A stretch of DNA of 64,000 bases. Origin: Camelus dromedarius. Lineage: Eukaryota. Positions 39,541-52,241 of this stretch are shown piece by piece. Every line of letters starts with the position of its first letter. The stretch's first letter is position 1. The notes below the pieces were generated by a model, which worked only from the letters and a program-made list of their open reading frames with translations, did no database searches and had not been told where the DNA came from. The position numbers and the translations under genes are program-made. The stretch lies in contig NC_087437.1 in NCBI RefSeq assembly GCF_036321535.1, positions 23,500,001 through 23,564,000 on the forward strand. The letters run 5' to 3'.

Positions 39541-40327
39541 GAAAATTTGAAAAACATCCAGCTTTGGAAATTTCATATTAACTTTTCCTTTTATTTTTAT
39601 TTTGTACTTTTGGCTTACAAATGCTATTATAATAATGCAATCTAACATTTTACTCAATTCCAGTTACAAAAATAAAAAAAAAAGGGTTACTTGTTAATGT
39701 TGATGAGAACGGGTTTTCAAAAATATGGAAATTGAATTAGGGTGTGATTGAAAATCTGATTGTTTTTCTTTTTTATGCTATTACTACTTTTCTTGCTGCA
39801 AACTCTATTGGAACAGAATCACCTTTGGCAAGAAAAAGCTTCATTGAATCGCAGGCAGCTACAAACCTGATGATTAACTGATGTTTCTCTGAATATTTGG
39901 AGCCTTGTCACGTATCCTGGCATGAATAACTTGAGGTGAAAAATGTTATACATGAATTACCATGTTTGCTTTAAAAAGACGTTTTTTCCCTACAGCATGG
40001 AGCTTATCATGTCTTTTCTTAGTTTTTGCAGTCTCTCTGGCTCAAATAGTGAAACATAATCACCGCCATTATCTTCATCATCATCTCATTGTTTTAATTC
40101 TGTCATACTTGTGGGTACATTGTAAGTAAAAAAAAAATACATATATATGTATATATAGATATACATAATATCAGTTTCTATTTATTTATTTGTTCAAAGA
40201 TATATTTATAGAACACCTTCTATTTCTCAATTTCAATATGATGGTGGAAAACAAACTTCCTGCTCATAAAAATCTTATAGTTTAGAGATGCACTAGAGTA
40301 CTGTGACAGTGAAAGATTTCCAATAAC

Positions 40328-40420
40328 TATGATACTATTTTTCCTTAGTTAGAACACTTATTTTTAGTTAGATACATTGCCACCAACCATAAAGGCTACA
40401 TTTCCCAACCTCCATTGTAG
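40328..40420 (+). mobile_element. MLT1H-like LTR fragment
   Basis: AAAGGCTACATTTCCCAACCTCCATTGTAG resembles the recalled AAAGACTACATTTCCCAGCCTCCCTTGCAG. Confidence 0.6.
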
Positions 40421-40424
40421 GGGA

Positions 40425-40850
40425 TTAATGAAGGTCACATTTCCAAGGAAGCACACTATGGGATAAAAATTTGCAGGCAGGGATTTTATTGAGGAATGTG
40501 CTCAGTGTCAATACGAGCAGACAAATGAGAAAGCAGGATTGGTAAGTGCTGCCAGGCAGACACAACAAAGGACTTAGCCAATCCCAAGGGGAACTTTGGA
40601 GCTGGAATGATCAACTGTTGTCCCATCTGGTGGATAAGTTACCAGCCCCTAGTCCTTTTCGTCACCAGTATTTGGAAGAGGAGACATGTCCTTGAGAAAA
40701 CTCTTTTCACCTACTGACAATCATGTCAGTCATGGGGTGAGAAGGCAGAGGTAGGGGAGAGGTGCAAGCTCATTTGAAAACTTTCAGCCATTAATACTCC
40801 CTTAGCTGCTAGAAGATGAGTGCTTTAGTCCTGAAAAGTTAGCATACCCC
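40425..40850 (-). mobile_element. LTR16A-like ERVL LTR
   Basis: TTTATTGAGGAATGTGCTC, AAGCAGGATTGG, AGCCAATCCCAAGGGGAACTTTGGAGCTGG and GATGAGTGCTTTAGTCCTGAA are colinear with the recalled LTR16A reverse complement. Confidence 0.8.
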
Positions 40851-40859
40851 TGGGTATCA

Positions 40860-41240
40860 TCTGTAAGCTGGCATCCTAGCTGTGCCCTCAGTTAGCTGCT
40901 CAGCCACTCTTTCAGGCTGACAATTTCTGGGAGGTGTGGCATGTGATAGTAACAGTAGGTCCCGTTGTCATGCCCCCTTACTGTCCTTTCTTGCCTGTAA
41001 AGTAGGTCTCCTGGCTCATTGAGAAGTTAAACAGAACACAGCTGCTGGGTCAAACACTGTATAAGTTCTTGGATACTGGTGCTGGTTGAAGTATTAGTGG
41101 CAGGAAAGGCAAAACTACTTTTGGAATATGAGTCAAATCTAGTCAAGATGTATCATGGCCTCTTTTGGTTTAGAATGAGTCCAATATAGGAAAATTGACA
41201 CCAAATCAAACTTTTTCCTCTGAGAAAATAGACCATTTTG
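40860..41240 (-). pseudogene. ERVL pol (integrase core) remnant adjoining the LTR16
   Basis: Minus-strand translation from 41203 gives WCQFSYIGLILNQKRP*YILTRFDSYSKSSFAFPATNTSTSTSIQELIQCL. This is similar to recalled ERVL integrase WWQVDYIGPLP..RFVLTGIDTYSGYGFAFPA..TTIRGLTECL. Contains stops and frameshifts. Confidence 0.8.
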
Positions 41241-41329
41241 GTTAATAGTAATTTGATGCCCAATACCTCTAATTGAGATTACAAAATGATAATAATAATA
41301 ATAACAACAGTATTAGCAATAATCAGTGA

Positions 41330-42130
41330 CAGACTGATTCCTTTCGGGGGGTGGGTCTCTTGAAGAGCTGGCTTTCTGAAAGGAGTTGAGCAGGGCTGAG
41401 CACTTCAGTCAAATGTTGGGGTCACAAATGATGTTGATACTGTGCACATTTTGATGGTCAGGTAGGAAGGTTGAACTAGGAGGATAGCAGTTCGGGCTCT
41501 TCTACTTCAGAGTTCCTATGTTTCTTGGGAAGGATGACATACAGGGTTGGGGCTAAGAGTGACTGAGTTGCAGCTGGAGTGTAGCCACTGGAAATAGACC
41601 TGAGAAGTGAGGGCTTTGACTGGTTGTTCAGTGAGATATTGGAGATCCTCTGACTGTGCCCAAGCCTGGTAACGGTTAAGGAGTCAAGAAAGACAGGAAA
41701 ATCTCCCATACATGAGGGGAATAACGGGGACAGCAGATGAACTGAGTTAGGAGACAGCAGGAAAAAATGAGAAGAGTCTCAAATATGTCTGCTTTTTGGA
41801 GAATTAATAACGTATAGGATGGTTCTTGTTTACATGGGATGAAAAATAACGAGCAGAATCTACTTAAAAGAGTTAAAGGATATATGGCCCTCAGAGAAGA
41901 TCAGTGTCTTCAAGAGGGATCCTGGAATGATTTAAGGAAATAAGAGAGTTTGCAGGGTTGATGATAAAGGAAGAGTAAGTAGGATCTTTGATTCAGAATG
42001 GGGTTTCAAGGGGCATCAAAAACAGATGTGTATAAGGATTAATAGACATATGAGTCAGAAAAAAACAAAAACAAAACATAGATTCACATATACAAGATTC
42101 AGTAAGAGGGGATAGTTAGCCCAAGATATT
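41330..42130 (-). mobile_element. L2 ORF2 5' (APE endonuclease region) remnant
   Basis: ORF 41476-41709(-) contains SNISLNNQSKP...TPAATQSLLAPTLYVI, resembling L2 endonuclease FNIHVDDPSN...PTSATHSHGHTLDLVI. Outer limits approximate. Confidence 0.6.
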
Positions 42131-44506
42131 TATATTTGGATATTGACAGAACATGATATGTTCATGAATGTGAATTAGGTGTGCTATACTAGGAAACATA
42201 TCTTTATTTTAAAAAAAGGTCTTATATCACTTTTTAATGATACTTTTCTTTCTTACCCTTGAATGTTCATTTTGATCCTATTTCCCCTAAATACTGTTTT
42301 GGGGCTGTTCCAAAATTGATATGCACCTTTCAATCAAACATAATAGTGTCATAAAAGGAACCTATCTTTTGTGGTCCATATAATCTAGAATTTTAGGATT
42401 AATAGAAGTCAGAGTATTTGATGATGCCCATTAGAAAGATGCGCTGGGGGAGGGGGCACTAAACAAAAACTATAACTCAGAAGAATTAGAAATTACAGAA
42501 ACCTGTAGTTTAGATCACCGATAGAATTAATGCATTGTGTTAAGTTTGAGTTTGTCTAGACGGCTGTTACCTTTGGTCAGTAAATCCAAGAGAGACATTA
42601 TCTGCAGATGTCATTATTCTAAAAGGTACAATAGTATTTCAGGAAAACATTGTACAAACACTACCAGGAATCATTTGAAAAGTTGACAAGTAATTAAAAT
42701 ATGTTTTTCAGCCAAATAGACTTTTTATCTGTATACGTTTAACATTATAAAAATGTAATTTTAAGTGAAATAGTACCTAATTTTGTGTAATTAGCTAGTT
42801 CATTTTTACAGGTTTTCAAATAAAGTCTATGCAAGTGTAAACAACTACATAACTTCTATATAACAAACAAAAAATTACTCCAAACATCCTCTGTTAGATG
42901 TGGGTTTGGTAAGCCAGGCCCTAAGGGAAACATCTTTTTTATCGAAGTAAATTACCTCTTCAATCTGTAATTTATGTTTTTCATATGTGGTTCTTAACTT
43001 TGTGGAATTGGCCAGATTTTTATGGAGATGCTCACTTACTTGGTTCATTTAGTTACAATTTGCTGAAATCCTGTGACAACCTGGGAAAGAGGGCTTTGGC
43101 CAAGGCAAACCCTGGGGTTAGTCTCAGTTTGGTATCCAGAGTGAGAAGGACAGAAGTGTGGTAGGGACCTGGAAGCTGAATTTTTAAAGCCAGGTACAGG
43201 CCACACAGGTACAGGGATACACACAAAAGGAGATTTGAAATGAAAGAAAGCCCTGAACTATTTGAATTGAGGAGACTATGAGTAAGGCTTGTGTTGAGGG
43301 CCAAGCGAGGATTTTCTCAGGCACACAGAAAATTCTCTATCCATTTCCCTAAAACAAATGGTTTCACAAAACAGAATAAAAAGTCCATTCATCTTCTCTT
43401 ACCTTTGAAAATTAAATAAAAAGCTTAGAAATGTGCATATTTAGAATGACACTAATTGTACTGAACTCTAATTTGAGGGTTGTTTCAGAATTGCCAATTA
43501 AGTGATTTTCTCGCACAGTATGTAAAATCTGAAGGTGAGGTGGAGCATTTTCAAGCCTTAATGTACGTCACACTGTTTTAATGATGCCTTGAAAACATCA
43601 CAGAGTAGTGATGCAAGTAAAGATTACTTTTCTTTAAATTCTTTATTATAAAACATATTATTGTTCCATCTAGACTATTATGGGTAATATCACATTCAGC
43701 AATTCTAAGGAGTAGTTATTTGAATCCAAATTGTCAATTGGGATATAAAGTTTATTTAAAACATTTTGCCAAACAAAACTCACTATCCCAGCTTTTATAA
43801 GAAGTTCTATTTCTGAATATTTATCTTTGCCAAGTAAAAATACTAAATCAAGTAAAGTCAGATTCTTCCTTTCAGGAAAGATTTTTGATTCACCTACAAA
43901 ATAAAATTGCTATGAAATTTTAATGGAAATTTGCAACAGAGATTAAATAAATGGAAAGAAATGTTTCTTAATGTTTTCTTTGCACTTTACTGTATATCAT
44001 ACAATAAGCAACTTAGCAGTTCATAAAAGCTTTTAATGACCAGTGGACAGGAAAATGAGAGCCATACAATGGAAAGAATATACAAATGTGGTTGTAGAGA
44101 AATCAATTTTTAAAAAGTATTTTCTGACTATTGATTTTTTACTTGACTTGGCTTTATGAGTATTGGTTAATTTGTGTTTTATTGTTTAACCACCATGCTA
44201 TATGTATCCAGCACCTCTTCTTAGAGACTTTGCTTATTAACTATATAAAGATCAAGCAAAGCCAATCTAAATTTCTAGGCTATTTCTACAGTGCTTCATT
44301 TAGCTTCTTGGTAATACAATTCAGTAATAAGTCATGCTATTTTAGATACTGAATTGCCACACGAAGCCTGAGATTTAGAAATATGAAACATTAATGATGT
44401 TAAAGGGATGGGATTGATAAAGCAATGTTTTTTTTAAAATCTAAATCCTATTAAGGAATGGCAGGTAATATATTAAATATTAGAGATTTTAAAGACTACT
44501 TTGGTT

Positions 44507-44740
44507 TGGGATTGACAGATACACATTACTATATAAAGAATAGATAAACAACAGGGACCTACTGTATAGCACAGGGACTATATTCAGTTTCTTGTAATGA
44601 GCTGCACTGGAAAAGAAACTGAAATACAAAAATATATATGTAAGTTATGTATACTTATATCTGAATTGCTTTGTTATATATCTGTTACAACTAATGTTGT
44701 AAATTGACTACATTTTGCTAAAAAGTAAAAATTAAAAAAT
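44507..44740 (+). mobile_element. 5'-truncated cetartiodactyl-type L1 3' end with TSD
   Basis: GGGATTGACAGATACACATTACTATAT...GACCTACTGTATAGCACAGGGACTATATTCA with an A-rich tail. 14-bp TSD AGACTACTTTGGTT / AGAATATTTTGGTT (2 mismatches) at a TTTT/AAA site. Confidence 0.9.
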
Positions 44741-45589
44741 AGAATATTTTGGTTAAGTTTGATTGCCTTCATTCTTCAGTTTTGTTTAGAAGGAGCATCT
44801 TAGAATCTCAGACTATTATCAAGGACACGTGACTATTCATCACACTTTGTTATATTTTCCTGTCCACATTTGTTTTCAACTACTTGGGATAACTTACTGG
44901 TAATCAGGTGTGCCACTTTTGTGATCCTTCACATTTAAGAAACTCATTCAAAAAAAAAAAAATTCTCTTCTTCAAAGGCTAGTATGAACTCTAATGAGTC
45001 ATGCATTCTTACTGATTTCTCCAGTGATGTGTTGTACTAATACATCATTTCTGAAAGCTGTCTCTTTAATGATGTATTAATATAATACATCATCAGACTG
45101 TGCGGAAGAAAGATAGATTGCCTAAAATATGGCACCTTCAATGGAACAAAAGATTTTTGAAGCCGATTAATTTTAATTATAAAAGAAAGGAAGTCTACCT
45201 CTGAGCAAATTATATCAACTTTTCCCCGTTGGTATCTGCATCTCTTCAACTAAGCTTAAATATGCTGTTTAATTTGGCTTTTTTATTTTGAAGCTGAAAA
45301 AAAAAAGTATAGCTTGTTTTTGCTACTCAGATTTGAAATATAGCCTTTGGTTATTTCTCAGTATTTTTTAAAAAATTTACCATCTATAGGGATATTGAGG
45401 TTATGTTATTTTTAAGGGATCATCTTTATGTAGAACAAATTATTAAAAAAATCCATGTTATGTGAAGGATGCTTACCTACGTGAGAATGTTTTATATGCT
45501 TGTCTATCAAGGTAGAAGGCCAGTCAACTTGGTGACAAATTACTTGTCTGAATGTTCACCTTTGTACAGGGATTCTGTTATGGTTTTGC

Positions 45590-45720
45590 GTTCTGTGTGA
45601 ACTCAGTAAGTCATTTAACCATGAACTCAGTAAGTCATTTAACCACTCTGAACCTCAATTTCTTAATCTGTAAAAGAAATTATTAATACTACATGCATTT
45701 CCAGTTCAAAGACTCTGTAT
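45590..45720 (+). mobile_element. MIR fragment containing a perfect 24-bp tandem duplication
   Basis: AAGTCATTTAACCACTCTGAACCTCAATTTCTTAATCTGTAAAA core. Confidence 0.8.
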
Positions 45721-45753
45721 ATATGTCTTTGACTATATGCCTGTATAAGCTAC

Positions 45754-46121
45754 TGCTATAATAGGATTAATGTTTGCGTCCCTCTAAAATTTATATGTTG
45801 AAACTTAATACACAATGTGATGGTATTTGGAGGTGGGACTTTTGAGAAGTGATCAGGTCCTGAGGGCAGAGTCCTCATGAGTGAAATCTGTGTCCTTATA
45901 AAGAGATGCCAGAGAACTCTCTCACCCCTTCAATCATATGAGGAACCAGTGAAAAAACAACTATCTGTGAACCAGGAAGCCAGCCCTTCCAGATAGAAAA
46001 TCTGATGGCATCTTGACCTTGGACTTCCCAGCCTCCAGAACTATGAGAAATAAAATTTTGCTGTTTATAAAACTACCCAGTCTATGGTATTCTGTTATAG
46101 CAGCCTGAACAAACTAAGACC
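45754..46121 (+). mobile_element. MLT1A/MLT1A0 solo LTR (MaLR), full length
   Basis: TGCTAT...GGACTTCCCAGCCTCCAGAACTATGAGAAATAAA...TGTTATAGCAGCCTGAACAAACTAAGAC. Perfect 5-bp TSD GCTAC (45749-45753 and 46122-46126). Confidence 0.93.
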
Positions 46122-46570
46122 GCTACCATGCCAATATTTTAGTCAAAACTTTATTTTTTTTTTGAAGTTTTGATCAATTCGGAGTCCAAGCAGACAACCT
46201 TTTCTACTGTGCTCCATCTGGTTTCTTTGGCTTCATGCTTCTTGGTTTTTCTTTCATTTCTCAGAACTCCTTTTTTTGGTCATCTACGTTTAGTTAACTC
46301 AGTCATGTAACAAGTCCTACTGGTTTTTCCTTTGGGCTCTTTTATTCTTTATTTTCCAGGTAATACCCCATTCTTGTTCTTTATCAACTTTCTTTCAAAT
46401 TACCCAAACCAGTTTCAATCTGGACTCATTCCAACTAGACATGCATTGAGATTACCTAAGCTCAGATTCTCACTCTTATCATTTTATTAGTTTTGAGAGT
46501 TTAAAAGTCACTTGTCATTGTACAGCCACCTTGGAAAGTTGTTTAGAATATTGACTAGAGTTAACCACAC

Positions 46571-47086
46571 TGATGGGACCCAAAATGTGCCTCAATGGCA
46601 TATTGATTGTTTTGAATGAAAGTTACTTAATGGCCAACACAAGAGGGACCCTCCTTTCTGTCTCCTTGAAAGCAGGAAATCAGTCTCTCATGTGAAAGGT
46701 GTATTTCTTGCATCTGGAGGTAGAGGAACATCCTTATCACCAGAGTTAGGCTATATGGGCTAAAAAGCCTGCAAAAACAAACATTGTTACTTCTTTAATT
46801 TAGTACCCCAAGCCCAAACTTTGTTTAGATTCTTCACTAATAGTGCACCCAAAATCTAAGTTTCTTTCTTCTTTCAATTCCTCACAGATTTATTGTTTCT
46901 GTGTCTAAAAAGTGTAAAGTGCTACCTTCTTTGGCCACTCCTTAGGTTCCATTTCTATGAGACTTCCATGCACATGATTAAAATGTGTTTCTTTTCCTCC
47001 TGTTAATCTTTCTTGTGACAATTTTATTATTAGTCCAGCACAAGAACTCGAGAGGAGGAAAGGGCGAAACTTCTCCCTCCCTGACA
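46571..47086 (+). mobile_element. MER34/MER39-group ERV1 solo LTR
   Basis: CCCAAAATGTGCCTCAATGGCATATTGATTGTTTTGA at the 5' end and TTTTCCTCCTGTTAATCT...CTCCCTCCCTGACA at the 3' end. TSD ACAC/ACAT. Confidence 0.85.
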
Positions 47087-48109
47087 ACATACATTCCTTT
47101 TGAAGATCTTTAAGTGTTGTCCATGTGCAGAGTGAGGGAGAAATCTTCTTTTCCCTTCCTTTACTCAACTTTAAAGTGATTCTACCTTCTTCCTCAGGCA
47201 TATGCGTATTACCAAGGAGATGCTAAAAATCATTGTTTTCAACCTAATTCACTAGTAAGATCATGTTCATTGTCTCAATAGAATTTTTCTTAGATTAACT
47301 TTTAAACTAAGAATCAATGTGCACTAGAAAATGGTGTCACCAACACTTCTCTCAACATTAAGTATATAAATATTTGCTTTTTTTCTAATTGTCTAATCTT
47401 AAAAATTATAGGCTTCTTAAATGATATTTACATTTGAATAATTTGAGTTCTGTACTTTCTGATTTCTACACATAATCAAATTTTATATTCTATACAATAT
47501 GTAAATGGCAGCATTCTTTAGCTTAAGAAAAATCAGAAACTAAGATGGTGTATTACTATGTCCACAGTGTAGTACTTTTGCTAAATTTCACTGTAAAGCT
47601 TTTAGAAATAATTTTGAGGTGAAAAAATTAACCAACTTATACTTTTTATAAAATATTATCTAATAAAAATGTAAAAAGAATTATAGTGATTTAATCTCAG
47701 CAGAGTACATACTAGTCAAAATTTGAAAATATTCAAATACAGTTTAATATTTTATGGAGATTACTTATGAATTAGGTAGCAACTTGAATGATATGAAGGC
47801 CAAAATTGTACCCACAGGAACATTAGACATAAAAAATACTTACAGAAAATAGAAATACAATGGAAAATACAAATATTTCCTCTATGTATTGGAAACACTA
47901 TAATGAATTAAAGTTGTTGAAAAGGTTATGAAAATTTATTTGTTGAAAATATGAGAACTTGCTAAGGGGAACTGAATGATGCTATACCAGAAACAATAAT
48001 GGGTGGAGATGAATTATACCTTTACCTTAAATGTCTTTGTATACTACCTCTAGTAATTTAAATAGCTGTATATTAAAATTTATTGGTAAAAAGCAACGGA
48101 CATAGTGAT

Positions 48110-49905
48110 AAAAGCTTTGACATTTAAAGAGATTAGAAGTCATCACTCTCGTCCTCCTAAGAAAGAAGCTAAACAAACTGAAACCAATGACTTCTTATAG
48201 GTGCGTTAGAGAACTAAGGATACAGGAAAAACCAACATCTGAAAATCAGGAGAGGAATGAAAATACAGAGAATCACAGCCAAGATCAGCTTGCCTGGGAC
48301 GAATCAATACTGACAGAAACATTTAGTTGGTAATTTTGATGAATGCTGGTGGCAAGTGTGGGTTAGTATGAGCTGAAAACTCCTGGGAACCGAGTCCTGA
48401 AAGGACCCCCATAATTGCATTGGTTTTGCCTCCAGCAGTTCCATCAAGTTCTCACAGTAAAGACTGGAAACAATTCCCATCCTGAATCTGGCCATGGAAG
48501 GAAATGGTAACCATTTTGTAATACACCAGTGTGTTCTCCATATCAGAAGCCCACCCTCTCAGGAAAACCACTTTAAGAAAGCATTATGTGACCTAAGATC
48601 AGGAACAAGGCAAGGATGTTCCCACTCACCACTTCTATTCAACACCATACTAGACATCACATAATGTACAATTAGGTAATGTAATGAACAAGAAAGTGAA
48701 ATAAATGTGTACACTATGAAGAAAAAAATAAAACTGTCCTGTTCACAGATGAAATGACTGTCTATATGGAAAAATCTCAAAGAAATAATCAAGTAAACAA
48801 ACAAAGATGAGTCACAGACCAACTGGGAGATTTACAAAACATATATCTAATAAAGGAGTTATACCCAAAATATATCCAAAAAACCTTAAAATATCAACAT
48901 TAAAAACAATCAAATTAAACAAAGTACAAAAGGTCTGAATAGACACCTGACAAGAGAAGATATATAGATGGCAAATAAGCATGTTAAGAGATGCTCATAA
49001 TATGTCATTAAATAATTGGAAATAAAAACATTGAGACACTGTTATACACCTGTTAGAATGGCTAAAATTCAAAAACTGTCAATACCAAATACTGTCAAGA
49101 AGGCAGATCAAAAGAATTCTCACTCATTGTTAGTAGAAGTGCAGAATGGTACATCCACATGGCAAGACAGTTTTTCATTTTCTTCAAAGCTAAATACAGT
49201 GTTACCATACAATCTACCCCATTGCATTCCTAGATATCTACCCAATCAAGTGGAAAACTTATATACCCACACAAATTTGCACATTAATGTTTCTAGAAGC
49301 TTTGCTCATAATTATCAAAATGAGAAGTAATTAATATGTTCCTCAGTAGATTAATAGATAAACAAACTGTGGTACCTCCATACAAGGGGATACTGTTCAG
49401 AAATAAGCTATCAAACCACAAAAGACATGGAAGAACCTTAAATTCACATTCAATTTCATATATTAAATTCATATGTATATTTTAGTGAAAGAAATCAGTT
49501 TGGAAAGACTACATACTTCATGATTTTAACTCAATGAAAAAAGCAAACTGTAGGGATAGTAAAAAGACCAGTGGTTCACAAAGGTTAGAGGAAGTAGGCA
49601 TAGTAGGAATATAGTAGAATATACCCACCTATTCTGTATACTAATGGAATGATGGATGCATAATACTATGTATTTGTCAAAATTCATAGAGATTGTGACA
49701 CAAAGAAGAGCAAACCTTAATGCAAACTATGGGTTTTAGTTATTAATGTGTCAATACTGGTTCATTTATGGTAACAAATATATCACACTAATATAAAATG
49801 TTAATAATATACGAAACTACACGTGTGGAAGGGGGTTGCTACATGGGACCTACCTTCTATGCACTCTGTTAATTTTTTTGTAAATATAAAGCTGTTCTAA
49901 AAAAA
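48110..49905 (+). mobile_element. Old L1 (L1MC/MD-like) with large internal deletions: 5'UTR-like part, RT piece, ORF2 C-terminus and 3'UTR
   Basis: 48593-48655 translates LRSGTRQGCSHSPLLFNTILD, and about 48740 gives LFTDEMTVYME (L1 RT motifs QGCPLSPLLF and LFADDMIVY). ORF 49016-49330 resembles the ORF2 C-terminus (RHCYTPVRMAKIQK). Ends GCTGTTCTAAAAAAAA. Confidence 0.85.
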
Positions 49906-51489
49906 ATAGGTGGAGGGGTCTGTTGAGCAAAGAGATTGAAGCTGCGAAAACTGGGTTCAAGTTACTGTTCTTCCAATCAAGTGATCCTAGGAGGAAATAT
50001 CAGGAAATCTTTGAGTTTTATTTTTTCTTCCCTCAAAGAATCTCTATCCTTTTAAACTAGATACAGCTCCTCTGAGATCTCAATTTCTGTGATCCTTTCC
50101 AAGAAAGAACTTTATGCATATTATGACTCTGTACCTACTGTATTTGCACATCATGAAATTGATGTCAGCATATTGGGCCACACAAATGAGATAGTTCCTA
50201 AAGGAGTTTATTATCCTAAAATAATCTTCTCACAGCTTACTGCAATTATCTCAATTTTTAAGTCGTGTATGCAAATGACCCTAACTACAAATGCAGTTGT
50301 CATGCTAAAAGCACGCCCTGGGGGAATAATGAATCTAATAAAAGGACTGTATTTGGGGAACCCATTGTTTTTCAGAACAAAGTACTTCATTGACACAAAA
50401 TAATGAAGTGTGGTGTATAAACAAGTAAAAAAGCTTTTAAATTTAATTTAAAATACTCTTCCCCTCTCAATTATAAATATTTCCCCTTTAGTTATTAACA
50501 TACATGAATTAAAAGTTATATCAACAGTCTTATTCACAAAGGAAAAAAGGAAGAGGGAGAAAAAAAGACTGTTTAATTGTGCCTGAGAAATGAAATAGTC
50601 AGAAATCCTGATTAGTGTGGGAGGAATAAATTATTAAATCAACCCACACGCTCCATTTTTAATCTCTACTATTCAATTTTGTATCCATAAATGTTCTCAT
50701 ACAATCTCTGGTAAAGTGTTAATTAGTATTTAAGAACTGATTCATTTTATGCTTGACCTTTAGCTAAATTCAGTTTGTGAATTCTATCCTTTGCATATAC
50801 AAATAGCTGGGCAAAATTGATTTCTTTCAGTTCTGAAAGTCCAATGTTTAATTAAAATACGTTTATGTTATTTTTTCCTGTGCCTAGTAAAGACACATTT
50901 TATCATAACATAAAGTGTTTTCATTAATTATTTCAGGAGTAATTAAGAAGCATTGCTTTTTAATAATAATCTAGTTTTAATATAGACTCCTTTTGAATGT
51001 TTCTTGCAGAATTGAGAAAGATTTTAAAACTACGTTATACTATCTTTGCGTCATAATTAGAAGGTAGAGAATGTTGTGATTATACAGATGAGGAAACTAA
51101 AACACAGATAATTAAAATAATTTTTACAGTTAATCAACATAGGAAAATGGGAGAAAAGTTAATATATCCTGTATCTTGGTTAACTTAATTAATAAGAGAT
51201 ACCACAGGAAGCATTTACTAAATTCCTGACAGTGTCTGGAACAACTCTGGATATCACAAAAATGCAAAGGATACACTTGCCTTTACTTCTTATCCATGCC
51301 CTAACTTTAATCAAACAAAGCCTATCTGCTTTATATGTAGTTTCTATTCAGGCCAAACTTTTGATTTGAATTCATTCCATGAGAGAGTATAGAATAAAAT
51401 ATTTCAATGAGGAAGAAACCTGTTTAAAACCTGAGGACTACTTGTAACTGTCTTCTATCTCTCAGCCATTTGTTTATTGTTTTTCCCTT

Positions 51490-51994
51490 TGTCAACTGTC
51501 AACTCCCCAAAAATCCACTGGAAAAAACTATTGATCAAGCAAAGCCAACTGTATTAGACTCATTTCAGGAAGGGAGAACCTTGACTGAGCTTTGATCATG
51601 TTTCAGAAAAGGAAGTCAGGGAGGACATTATAGGGTTTCAGGGTCTAGACTGGATGGTTTTTAGGCATGTCTTGCAAAGTAGGAAACTAGTTTGGACTGG
51701 ACAAAGTTTAATATACACGAACCTCAGATGAGAGAGCGCAGAAAGGAAAAGGTCTTAATAATTCTTAATAAATAAGTTTTGATAAGCTGTTTAATTGGTT
51801 CACAGTCTTATCTTACAAGAGAAAGTGTTTCTTGGAATAAACAGCTAAATTGTTTTCACTTACTCTCAAAAAGAGGGGAGAGGACTTCCAGGATTGATTA
51901 ACACAGGAATAGGGACTATGCTCATTTCACTTCCTGTTTAGTGGTTATCAGTTTGCAGCTCTCAGTCTGGGTCTGGAATGGAAATATTTTGTCA
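51490..51994 (-). mobile_element. Probable ERV1-class solo LTR
   Basis: TG...CA termini with a 4-bp TSD CCTT/GCTT (1 mismatch) and LTR-like length and layout. Family not recognised. Confidence 0.6.
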
Positions 51995-52241
51995 GCTTAA
52001 ATCTAACTCCTAACTTTCCAAGTTAGTGGACAAGTCACATGTTATAATTATTGGGACTTCATTCTTTTCATTAGACAGAGTCATGCAAGGATCTCTATAT
52101 GGTGCTTGTAAATTGGGGGTAGGGCCTCTACCTTCCAGTCCATGATAGCTGCTGCTGATGTCATTGTCTGAATCCATGTAATTCCCTTCATTTCCAAGGA
52201 ATTTTGCTTCCCTTTCCTTATAGTGCATGGGACTACATGAT

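Noticed and set aside
49016..49330. 104-aa ORF
   Set aside because: It is a decayed L1 ORF2 C-terminus, not a host gene.
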